From: Octopus sinensis
Lineage: Eukaryota
NCBI RefSeq assembly: GCF_006345805.1
Contig: NW_021824312.1
Coordinates: 1-19,352 of the forward strand
Direction: 5' to 3'
DNA length: 19,352 nt
Shown: positions 1 to 9,456 of the stretch, one piece after another
Layout: every line of letters begins with the position of its first letter
Numbering within the stretch: position 1 is the stretch's first letter
Made by a program: the position numbers and the translations under genes
Notes under the pieces: generated by a model
Told to the model about the DNA's origin: nothing
What the model saw: only the letters and a program-made list of their open reading frames with translations
The model's database searches: none

Positions 1-440
1 CCATATGTGCGCGACATGGTGATCTCAATCAAGATAACCAGTGCATGAACTTCCAGGTGGGACCCAGTTAGAATTTTCTTCAGGTCAAGTAGCCCTCCCT
101 CTTAAAAGGTCCCTGAATAAGAGTTGTTTAATGATGTTGAACAAAACACCCATGTTTCCAGAGTGAATTATTCAAACCCCAAAGAATTCCTCTCACACAT
201 GCTATGATGCTCCCCCCACTACTTCTGCTCGTGATCAGAGATGCACATATCGTCAGCCACTAAGGGACATGCTCAGCTGGTTACGGTCAAACAACTGACA
301 AGCAAATCTGTGGTATTGAGCAGAATATTTGCTGTAGCCCATCTTTTATACCAAGACAAAACAATGTACATGATAACACTTCCAATCAGTTATGACCAGA
401 AGCCATGAGAGCCACTGCCTGGTACTGCATCAGAGCATTT
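1..440 (-). mobile_element. Retroposon family A (~560 bp, (AAT)n-embedded), cut off by the window edge
   Basis: Reverse complement of ~7971-8412 along its whole length; abuts (ATT)n at 441-510. Confidence 0.8.
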
Positions 441-465
441 ATTATTATTACTATTATTATCATTA

Positions 466-497
<32 letters not shown>

Positions 498-510
498 TTT
501 TTTATTATTA
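441..510. repeat. (ATT)n microsatellite
   Basis: Directly visible. Confidence 0.95.
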
Positions 511-896
511 TTTAAAGCAGTTTGATTTGGCTCTGTACTGATATAAAATTAAAAATAGAAGAATTGTTTTCATATAAAAAAAAGTTTTACTGCAAAAAAC
601 TATAGTGCTTTTTTTGCTTAGACAATATGTCTGATTTTACAAAAGAGAGTTTTTTTACAAAATAAATTTTACTCCATTCCCTACCCGACCCAGTAAAAAA
701 AAAAGACAAAAAACAAAAGAAGGAAAAGAAAATCCTATTTTATTGACCAGTTTGTGGTGCATTCGGATTTCCATAGAGTAAAATTTGTTCCGATGGATTA
801 TTTTTGTTTAAGCCCTCATATAAAATACACATGAGGTTAGTTACCAAACAGAAATGATGCTTGTCATTTTCTCAACTAGGAATGTAACTGGTATGT

Positions 897-899
897 ACG

Positions 900-935
<36 letters not shown>

Positions 936-1118
936 TATATATATATATATATAATATATATATATATATTATATAATATATGTATATATATATATATATG
1001 TATATATATATGTATATATATATATATATGTATATATATAATATGTATATATATATATATAGTATATATATATATATATGTATATATAGTATATATATGT
1101 ATATAATATGTATTATAT

Positions 1119-1149
<31 letters not shown>

Positions 1150-1362
1150 ATATATATATGTATATAATTATATATATGTATATATACATGTATGTATATA
1201 TATATATATATATATAATATATATATAATATGTATATATAATATATATATATATATCTATGTATATATATATATATGTAATATATATCTATATGTATATA
1301 TAATGTATGTATATATATATACATATATAATATATATAATATATATATATATATTTATGTAT
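897..1362. repeat. (TA)n microsatellite, degenerate
   Basis: Directly visible. Confidence 0.97.
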
Positions 1363-1548
1363 AGGGAGAGTTTACGAAAAAAACAAAGACGAAGACAGGT
1401 GGTGTAGAAAACAAACAAATGTATTAGTATAGTGCTGAGGATAGAAAAAGTCTTTACGTTTCGAGCCTACGCTCTTCTACAGAAAGAGACACAGAAAAAA
1501 ACAAGGAGAGAAAAAAAATGTGTGTAGTAGCTAACGATCTATCATGGC
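1363..1548 (-). mobile_element. Element B copy 1: ~185-bp non-coding, hammerhead-bearing PLE pLTR/retrozyme-like element
   Basis: Reverse complement of 2579-2776 and 11447-11621; shared 3' end (…cgtaaact(c/t)tccct) runs into (TA)n. Confidence 0.8.
1451..1487 (-). ncRNA. Minimal type I hammerhead ribozyme-like motif (A6U core variant)
   Basis: Minus strand reads tcttt-CTGTAGA-A-GAGC-gtag-GCTC-GAAACGT-A-aaga. Confidence 0.55.
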
Positions 1549-1549
1549 A

Positions 1550-1950
1550 ATATGTGTGTGTGTGTATGTATATATATATATAATATATATATATATTATA
1601 TATATATACACACACACATACATATATATATATACATACATATATATATACACAGACATATGTGTGTGTATATATATATATATGTATGTATATACATGTC
1701 TCTCTCTGTGTATAAGTATATATATATATATATATATATACACATAATATATATAGATATGTATATGTTTATCTATATATGTGTATATATATATTGATAG
1801 ATGCATACACACAAATGGGTATGTAATATAGATATACAGATAGAAAGCTAGATAAATAGACAGACATACAAACAGACAGACAGACAGGCAGGCAGATTGA
1901 CAGGCAGACAGGCAGGTAGATAGACAGATAAATTGGTAGGTAGACAGATA
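1550..1950. repeat. Compound (TG)/(TA)/(AGAC)/(AGAT) microsatellites
   Basis: Directly visible. Confidence 0.9.
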
Positions 1951-2179
1951 ATTTAATAGTCAGCAAGATAGATTCATTGATATGCATATGCTTTTTGTAA
2001 ACATCAGCGTGATAAACTCCAAACACAAGATATTGAACAAATATAGCTTATTGTATTTATTCCGTCAGTGTTGCATAGACATTCACTTCTCTCGCTCACT
2101 ATTGGAAGCACAACAAACCATCAGAGATTGGCCCAGTCAAAACTTATCACCAGCCACCAACTATGCTTTCACAAAGCAG

Positions 2180-2258
2180 ACATACGTACATAGATACGTA
2201 GATGAATACATACAAATGTACATACATGAATACATACATACATACATACATATATAAT

Positions 2259-2300
<42 letters not shown>
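2180..2300. repeat. (TACA)n/(TA)n microsatellite
   Basis: Directly visible. Confidence 0.9.
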
Positions 2301-2302
<2 letters not shown>

Positions 2303-2501
2303 CACATCCTTTGTGTTCTGTTTTTTATTTAATTTGATACATATATATATATATGTGTGTATATGTTCTAATAATTTGCTCAGACATAGCAATACTAGTA
2401 ACCAGTTGCAGAACTAAATATACATACACTTCAGAATGGAATGAAGTGTTAGTTGAATACAGAGTATAATATGACTTATATACATTTATGTGTATATATT
2501 A

Positions 2502-2575
2502 TGTGTGTGTGTGTGTGTGTGCGTGTGTGTGTGTGTGTTTGTGTGTGTGTGTATGTGTGTATATTTATATATATA
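2502..2575. repeat. (TG)n microsatellite
   Basis: Directly visible. Confidence 0.9.
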
Positions 2576-2578
2576 CAT

Positions 2579-2776
2579 GCCATGATAGATCGTTAGCTCC
2601 TACACGCATTTTTTTCTCTCCTTGTTTCTCTCCTTGTTTCTTTCTGTGTATCTTTCTGTAGAAGAGCATAGGCTTGAAACGTAAAAGACTTTCTATTCCT
2701 GAGCGCTATACTAATACATTTGTTTGTTTGTACTCCACCTGCCTTCATCTTTTGTTTATTTTCGTAAACTTTCCCT
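2579..2776 (+). mobile_element. Element B copy 2
   Basis: Same termini as copy 1 (gccatgatagatcgttag … aaactttccct + (TA)n); internal 12-bp duplication tctctccttgtt. Confidence 0.8.
2651..2688 (+). ncRNA. Minimal type I hammerhead ribozyme-like motif (A6U core variant)
   Basis: TCTTT-CTGTAGA-A-GAGC-atag-GCTT-GAAACGT-A-AAAGA: stem I TCTTT/AAAGA, stem II GAGC/GCTT, palindromic ACGT stem III; predicted cut after 2683. Confidence 0.55.
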
Positions 2777-2916
2777 TTATATATATATATATATATAGCT
2801 GCTATATAGTGGGATTTGTTGACCAAATTTATTAATACCACCCCTTCTTGAGGTAATTTTTTCACTGTTTCTGTTGTCATGGTGTGTATGCTCATAAAAA
2901 AAAATTGGTATTTTCA

Positions 2917-3050
2917 CAAGTATGCAACATATGCCTCGAAGAAACCCTGGAAATTATCCCATCCAGGGAAAACGTGATAAACAGGCACTCTGAGATGGTC
3001 AAATCATGCAAGCAGAGGAAGAGAATATCATTCATGGGATTTGGAAAAGA
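2917..3050 (+). mobile_element. Probable remnant of a Penelope-like GIY-YIG endonuclease C-terminus
   Basis: QVCNICLEETLEII…NVINRHSEMVKSCKQRKR resembles the CxLCxxEKxxI…LNxRSExxxxCRH end of invertebrate PLE ORFs (motif recalled from memory). Confidence 0.5.
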
Positions 3051-3095
3051 ATATTTTGAAAAGAAGGAACAAATTATAGAATAGTGAAGGAACTC

Positions 3096-3540
3096 ACATT
3101 GAAACTCCGATGTCTGGCAGCTGACTTGGCAGACACCCATAAAATTATCAACCATCTTACAAACAATAACTCTGAGCACCTTTTCAAACTCCACCTGTCT
3201 AACACCCGTGGACATATTTACAAAGTCAGAAAACAGCACAGCTCCCATGACTTTAGGAAACATTTTTTCATGCTGAGAGTTGCTGAAGCATGGAACAAAC
3301 TGCCGGCATCAGTTGTTACTTGTCGGAGCAATGCATCCTCCAAAACTTCCATGCTTCCTGAGATTCGCCAACACTACACCTGATCTTTCTCCCCTCCATA
3401 CACATGCAAGCATGTATCTGACTCATACACTGTTCACTTCCCAGACATTTGTACATTACTGTATATACTTTATATGCACTTTTGACAAGTTGTGGTGCAC
3501 CTGAGCACTGTATACAATAATTTCATTATTACTATTATTT
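3096..3540 (+). mobile_element. 5'-truncated CR1/L2-type LINE 3' end (ORF2 C-terminus, 3'UTR, (ATT)n tail)
   Basis: LKLRCLAADL…NTRGHIYKV…RKHFFMLRVAEAWNKLPASVV is the typical TRGH…FF..RV…WN.LP ORF2 terminus; stop at 3381-3383. Confidence 0.88.
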
Positions 3541-3551
3541 AAAAACTACAC

Positions 3552-3896
3552 CTAACACCCGTGGCCATGTTTACAAAGTCAGAAAACAGCACAGCTCCCA
3601 TGACTTTCGGAAACATTTTTTCACGCTGAGAGTTGCTGAAGCATGGAACAAACTGCCGGCATTGGTTGTTAGTTGTCGGAGCACTGCATCCTTCAAAACT
3701 TCCATGCTTCCTGACATTCGCCAACACTACACCTGATTTTCTCCCCTCCATACACACACAAGCATGTATCTGACTCATACACTGTTCACTTCCCAGACAT
3801 TTGTACATTACTGCATATGCTTTATATGCACTTTCTGACAAGTTGTGGTGCACCTGAGCACTGTATACAATAATTTCCTTATTATTATTATTATTT
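3552..3896 (+). mobile_element. Second, more truncated copy of the same CR1/L2-type LINE 3' end
   Basis: Direct repeat of ~3199-3540, with its own (ATT)n tail. Confidence 0.88.
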
Positions 3897-3973
3897 TAAC
3901 TCAGACAAATAAATGAAAATACTGTTATTATGTGTGTGTGTGTGTGTGTGTAGTCTACTATGCTATACTGATG

Positions 3974-4072
3974 CTCCACCGGTTATGATAATGAGGGTTT
4001 CAGTTGATCAACAGAAGAACCTGCTCGTGGAATGAATGTGCATGATGCTGAGCATTCCACAGACACATGTAC
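3974..4072. mobile_element. Degenerate SINE-like fragment
   Basis: …gagggtttcagttgatc…cctgctcgtg…gctgagcattccacagacacatgtac resembles a cephalopod SINE body from memory; no second copy in the window. Confidence 0.35.
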
Positions 4073-4140
4073 ATCATCATCATCATTGTTCGAATGTGGT
4101 CGAGACAATGGAATTTACTATGTTAATTGTAAATTCCATA

Positions 4141-4551
4141 GGCGTAGGAGTGGCTGAGTGGTAAGTAGCTTGCTTACCAACCACATGGTTCCGGGTTCAG
4201 TCCCACTGCGTGGCACCTTGGGCAAGTGTCTTCTGCTATAGCCTCAGGCTGACCAAAGCCTTGTGAGTGGATTTGGTAGACGGAAACTGAAAGAAGCCCA
4301 TCGTATATATATATATATATGCGTATGTGTGTTTGTGTGTCTGTATTTGTCCCCCTAGCATTGCTTGACAACCGATGCTGGTGTGTTCATGTCCCCGTAA
4401 CTTAGCGGGTCCGCAAAAGAGAAGTGATAGAATAAGTACTGGGCTTACTAAGAATAAGTCCCGGGGTTGAGTTGCTCGATTAAAGGCGGTGCTCCAGCAT
4501 GGCCGCAGTCAAATGACTGAAACAAGTACAAGAGTAAAAGAGTAAAGAGAG
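4141..4551 (+). mobile_element. tRNA-derived SINE family S1, full length, with internal (TA)/(TG) tract
   Basis: A-box tggctgagtgg, B-box ggttcagtccc, ccttgggcaag core motif, (agagtaaa)n tail; matches copies at 10518, 17730 and 18737. Confidence 0.9.
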
Positions 4552-4840
4552 TCTTTTCAAATGGCTAATAATGGTGTGCACGCACCGCTACTACACACAT
4601 TGGAAAGCATTGTACAACCAAGTACTAAAGAAGATCTCTCCTCCTCCATGAAACAAAGCTGTTCCCGCTGGACGTCAACCCAGTATTTCTAAGCTAAGGA
4701 CCAAGTGATTTGTTGTAAGGTTATCTCCCTAGACAGATTGCCTTCACTACGGTTAAGGAGCCCTTTCTACCCCAGACACAGGTTATACTGGTTTACAGTT
4801 TACCAGTAGCAGGATCCGATGCAGCATACATCAGACCTAA

Positions 4841-5436
4841 CCTATTTCTTTACTACCCACAAGGGGCTAAACAGAGAGAGGACAAACAAGGACAGACACA
4901 TGGATTAAGTCGATTATATCGACCCCAGTGCGTAACTGGTACTCATTTAATCGACCCCAAAAGGATGAAAGGCAAAGTCAACCTCGGCAGAATTTGAACT
5001 CAGAACGTAACGGCAGATGAAATACCTATTTCTTTACTACCCACAAGGGGCTAAACACAGAGGGGACAAACAAGGACAGACACACGGATTAAGTCGATTA
5101 TATCGACCCCAGTGCGTAACTGGTACTTATTTAATCGACCCCAAAAGGATGAAAGGCAAAGTCAACCTCGCCAGAATTTGAACTCAGAACGTAGCAGCAG
5201 ATGAAATACCTATTTCTTTACTACCCACAAGGGGCTAAACACAGAGAGGACAAACAAGGACAGGCACACGGATTAAGCCGATTATATCGACCCCAGTGTG
5301 TAAATGGTACTTATTTAATCGACCCCAAAAGGATGAAAGCAAAGTCAACCTCGGCGGAATTTGAACTCAGAACGTAGCGACAGGTGAATTACCGCTAAGC
5401 ATTTTTCCCGGCGTGCTAACGATTCTGCCAGTTCGA
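4841..5436 (-). mobile_element. Tandem trimer of a tRNA-derived Nin/Deu-domain SINE (family S2), 184-bp period
   Basis: Units begin cctatttc at 4841, 5025 and 5209; minus strand has B-box gagttcaaatt and Deu/Nin-like gcctttcatcctt…gggtcgattaaataagtaccag; only the third unit carries the A-box head. Confidence 0.9.
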
Positions 5437-5438
5437 CA

Positions 5439-5497
5439 TGAACCCAGAACCATGTGGTTGGTAAGCAAGCTACTTACCACACAGGCACGCCTGCGCC
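5439..5497 (-). mobile_element. S1 SINE head fragment
   Basis: Reverse complement of ~4141-4199. Confidence 0.8.
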
Positions 5498-6049
5498 TAT
5501 TGATCATTTTGTCGTCCAAACAAAACGCCATTCCATTATTCCATTCACCGAAATAGTAAATCACCACCATTTACCATTTTATATCAAACTAGCATGAACT
5601 TGTTTCACAGAGGAATATGTTTCTGTAATGAAAGCTTTCTTAGAAGAAGCCACAGTTCCAAGCTGAGAGGAATAAAATCAACATTGCTTCTTATCCAAAC
5701 TTCTTACCAACATTTCAAATTCTTCAGATGAGCAAACAGTAACTGAATATTCTGCCAATTCCACTGCCAAAGAACAGTGCTGAAAGTTGGACAAAGTTTC
5801 TGTTAGTTTTACTTTCTATATTGTTACGGACAGCGATGACCATTTAGTAACGAGGGTATAATGTGTAAAATGGTAAATTTCATGGAATTGTGTCTCCAAC
5901 AGATTTCCATCAAGTTGTCTCCAGTCTCCTTGTGTTCCATGTTCCGAAGACTGGTAAATATTTGCCATGGCGTTCAGTAAATATGAGGAAATATTATTAA
6001 ATCTTATTTGGAAGATGTTTTGAAATGGAACAGCAACTCATACATCCAT

Positions 6050-6351
6050 GCATACATACACACACACACACACTTACAGACACATACATATGCATGCATG
6101 CATACATACATACATACATACATATGTGCATATATATTTATATGTATATATATATAAATATATGAATCCATATATATACATATATATATACACACACATA
6201 CACACACACACACATATATATAAAGAGAGAGATATAGATATACATACATATATATATATATATATATACATACACACACATAGACAGAGAGGCAGACAGA
6301 TAAACAGACAGACAGACAGACAGATATACAGACAGACAGACAGACAGACAA

Positions 6352-6408
<57 letters not shown>

Positions 6409-6417
6409 TACATAGAT
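6050..6417. repeat. Compound (CA)/(TACA)/(TA)/(GACA)/(GATA) microsatellite
   Basis: Directly visible. Confidence 0.95.
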
Positions 6418-6533
6418 GTTTATGTATTTGTTTTGACAGATTTTTAATGTGAAATTGTGTTATATTTTAAGATGGTCATTTCTTTTGTTCTTTCCAAATT
6501 AACACATGCCCCATATATTAGTTCTTCACTTTG

Positions 6534-6767
6534 GATTTATTCTTCTTCTTATTCTAGTGTCCATTGTCTGGAAATCTTTTGTCATAAGTCCTGTGACCTC
6601 TTCAGTGACTCTTCAACCCATGTGATTACTCCTGTTGTGTTTTAAGGAGAACAGGAGGAGACACAGAGAACAGAAGGAGACATGTGAGATAAAGAGTCCC
6701 TGAAGGGGTCACAAGATGTGTGACAAAAGATTTCTAAACAAAGCACAAATAAGAATAATAATAAATC
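6534..6767. repeat. Imperfect inverted repeat, arms 6534-6613 and 6692-6767
   Basis: gaaatcttttgtca…tgtgacc(t/c)cttcag(t/g)gactctt occurs on both strands. Confidence 0.8.
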
Positions 6768-6773
6768 TCAGAG

Positions 6774-7103
6774 TGGCTCCTGTTCTGGTGGCACGTAAAA
6801 AGCCCCAACCAATCGTGGCCGATGCCAGTACCCCCTGACTGGCTCTTGTGCTGGTGGCATGTAAAAAGCACTATCCAAATGTGATTGATGTCAGGCCCGC
6901 CTGACCAGCTTCTGTGCTGTAGGCATGTAAAAAGCACCCACTACACTCTCAGAGTGGTTGGCATGAGGAAGGGCATCCAGCTGTAGAAACACTGTCAGAT
7001 TAGATTGGAGCCTGGTGCAGCCTCCTGGCTCACCAGAACTCAGTCAAACCATCCAACCCATGCCAGCATGGAAAACGGACATTAAATGATAATGATGATG
7101 ATG
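6774..7103 (+). mobile_element. (GAT)n-tailed retroposon family F, with internal ~61-bp tandem units
   Basis: Repeated ggca(c/t)gtaaaaagc units, then ggaagggcatccagctgtaga… and a gatgatgat tail; matches 7189-7469 and 12461-12885. Confidence 0.85.
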
Positions 7104-7188
7104 TGTTTATTTGGCAAAAGCAAAAAAACCAAAAAAACAAGGAAAATGACCATCCTGAAATGTAACAATAGATAGATATAGATATTCG

Positions 7189-7469
7189 ATTCGAGCGAGG
7201 TCATTGCCAGGGCTGCTGGCATGTAAAAAGTACCTTTTGAGTGTGGTCATTGCCAGTACCGCCTAACTGGCAACTGTGCTGGTGGCACGTAAAAAGCACC
7301 CACTACACTCTCACAGTGGTTGGCGTTAGGAAGGGCATCCAGCTGTAGAGACTCTGCCAGATCAAGACTGGAGCCTGGTGCATCCATCTGGTTTGCCAGA
7401 CCTCAGTCAAAATCGTCCAGCCCATGCTAGCATGGAGAATGGACGTTAAACGATGATGATGATGATGAT
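7189..7469 (+). mobile_element. Family F copy 2
   Basis: Same body and (GAT)n tail as 6774-7103. Confidence 0.85.
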
Positions 7470-7970
7470 AAATATATAGGTATATAATGTAAAGTATCAG
7501 GGATTTTAAATCCGAACAGGTACCTTATTAGCACTCTGATATAATCCAGCTCTGGCTAACCACATTGAATGATAGGGAATATTCAGAATTGTATAAGATA
7601 AACAATTAAACTGTTCTTCACTCGGTAGGTAAACACACATTGCATTGGAGTTTGAGAAGAGAAATACTTTAATAAATAAAATTTGAAGATGTATACTTCT
7701 CCACTCTTCTTTATGTTTTGTTTATAAACGTGTGTGTGTGTGTGTGCACTTTGAAAACAAGAACGTCACAGAGAGAAAAAAAATTAATATAGGCTTCCTA
7801 GAACAGAGTTTACCTGAGGTTAAATGACAACTCTCACGTCAAACTAATTAGCTATTGAATAATGAGCCAATTAAAGTATCAAGATATAATAACAATCCAT
7901 ATTTATTCAGAAATTTAATTTTCTTCCCTCCACCCCACCCACAATAACAGCATCAACAATAATAACGATG

Positions 7971-8535
7971 AATGTTCTGATGCGGTACCAGACACTGACT
8001 CTCATCGCTTCTGGTCTTAACTGATTGGAAGTGTTATCATGTACATTGTTTGTCTTGGTATAAAAGATGGGCTACAGCAAATATTCTGCTCAATACCACA
8101 GATTTGCTTGTCAGTTGTTTGACCTTAACCAGTTGACCATGTCCCTTAGTGGCTGACGATTTGTGCATCTCTGATCACAAGCAGAAGTAGTGGGGGAGCA
8201 TCATAGCCATGTGTTGAGAGGGATTCTTTGGGGTTTGAATAATTTACCTCTGGAAACATGGGTGTTTCGATCAACATCCTTAAACAACCCTTATTCAGGG
8301 ACCTTTTGAGTGGGATGGGCTACTTGACCAGAAGCAAATTCTAACTGGGCCCTACCTGCAAGGTCATGTGCTGTTTATCTTGATATGAGATCACCATGTC
8401 GCGCACATATGGTTGTGATGCATGTACCTGGTGTACCCTTATCAGACGGGTAGTCATGACGGGTATACTGGGCCTCGTATATTTTACCCCAGTGTCACTT
8501 TGATGGCATGAACTGCTCTCTCACTCAATAATAAT
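7971..8535 (+). mobile_element. Family A, apparently full length (~560 bp)
   Basis: 5' end matches the copy at 1-440; 3' end ctctctcactc(aat)n matches 8850-8980; AAT-like repeats on both flanks. Confidence 0.8.
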
Positions 8536-8544
8536 TTTAATAAT

Positions 8545-8762
8545 AATGATTTCAAATTTTGACTTAAGACCAACAATTTTGGGTAAGGGGACAAGTTGAT
8601 TACATTGACCCCCAGTGCTTAACTGGTACTTATTTTATTGATACTGAAAGGATGGAAAGCAAAGTCTACCTCGGTAGAATTTGAACTCAAAACTTAAAAA
8701 ACAGATGAAATGTAACTAAGCGTTTTGCTTGGCATGCTAACAATTCTGCCAGCTTACTACTT
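8545..8762 (-). mobile_element. Nin/Deu-domain SINE, diverged, alternative tail
   Basis: Head and body homologous to S2; 3' part differs. Confidence 0.8.
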
Positions 8763-8765
8763 CAA

Positions 8766-8785
8766 TGATAATAATAATAATAATA

Positions 8786-8833
<48 letters not shown>

Positions 8834-8849
8834 CAACAACAACAATAAT
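8766..8849. repeat. (AAT)n/(AAC)n microsatellite
   Basis: Directly visible. Confidence 0.95.
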
Positions 8850-8980
8850 TCGTGCACATATGGTTGTGATGCATGTGCCTAGTGTACCCTTATCAGACAG
8901 GTAGTCATGATGGGAATACTGGGCTTCGTATATTTTACCCCAGTGTCACTTTGATGGCATGCACTGCTCTCTCACTCAAT
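8850..8980 (+). mobile_element. 5'-truncated family A copy, followed by (AAT)n to ~9078
   Basis: Direct match to ~8399-8530. Confidence 0.85.
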
Positions 8981-8995
8981 AATAATAATAATAAT

Positions 8996-9032
<37 letters not shown>

Positions 9033-9077
9033 TTAATAATAATAATAATAACTACAATGATGATAATGATAATAATA

Positions 9078-9291
9078 ATCCTTTCTACTATAGGCACAAG
9101 GCCTGAAATTTGGGGGAGGGGGTAAGTTGATAACATCGACCCCAGTGTTCAAGTGATACTTATTTTATCGACCCTGAAAAGATAAAAGGTAAAGTCGACC
9201 TCAGTGGAATTTGAACCCAGAATATAGCAACAGGCAAAATACTGCTAAGCATTTAGCCCAGCATTCTAACGAGTCTGCCAGCTCATTGCCT
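9078..9291 (-). mobile_element. Nin/Deu-domain SINE, tail variant
   Basis: atcgaccccagtg…aaagtcgacctc…aatttgaac…ctgccagctc homologous to S2. Confidence 0.85.
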
Positions 9292-9456
9292 TATTATGGT
9301 GAAGGATGAGGGAGAGAATACAAAGAAAGACCTCTAGTGTGGAGATTAATATGTAATTAAATGGTAAAATAAATAAACAAAGAGAAAAATGTAAACAAAC
9401 ATGGTATCCAATGGAAACGAAGGGAAATACACGTACCATTCAATGGTTAGAAAAAA

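Noticed and set aside
751-891. Possible plus-strand exons (751-835 and an 11-nt microexon near 880-890)
   Set aside because: The longer one has stops in all three frames; the short one is not frame-preserving and its donor runs into a microsatellite.
2118-2148. gattgg-c-ccagtc-aaaac as another hammerhead
   Set aside because: No CUGANGA core, 1-nt loop, single copy.
897-2420. ORFs rich in Y/I/H/T/C/V (also 6004-6413 and 16271-19108)
   Set aside because: Translations of (TA)/(TG)/(TATC) microsatellites.
4141-4215. tRNA genes at SINE heads (also 10165-10241 and 13453-13525)
   Set aside because: A/B boxes continue into SINE bodies; no intact cloverleaf is evident.
4700-4775. RTE-associated motif (ctccctagacagattgcc…aaggagccc)
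   Set aside because: Only a vague recollection, single diverged copy, no definable boundaries.
4841-5392. CRISPR-like array (also the family F 62-bp units)
   Set aside because: Whole units repeat without unique spacers, the context is eukaryotic and no cas genes are present.
5760-5930. Faint hAT BED-finger resemblance on the plus strand
   Set aside because: Multiple stops and too few conserved residues to support it.
7820-7880. TAATTA/CAATTA homeodomain-site cluster as an enhancer
   Set aside because: Expected by chance at this AT content.
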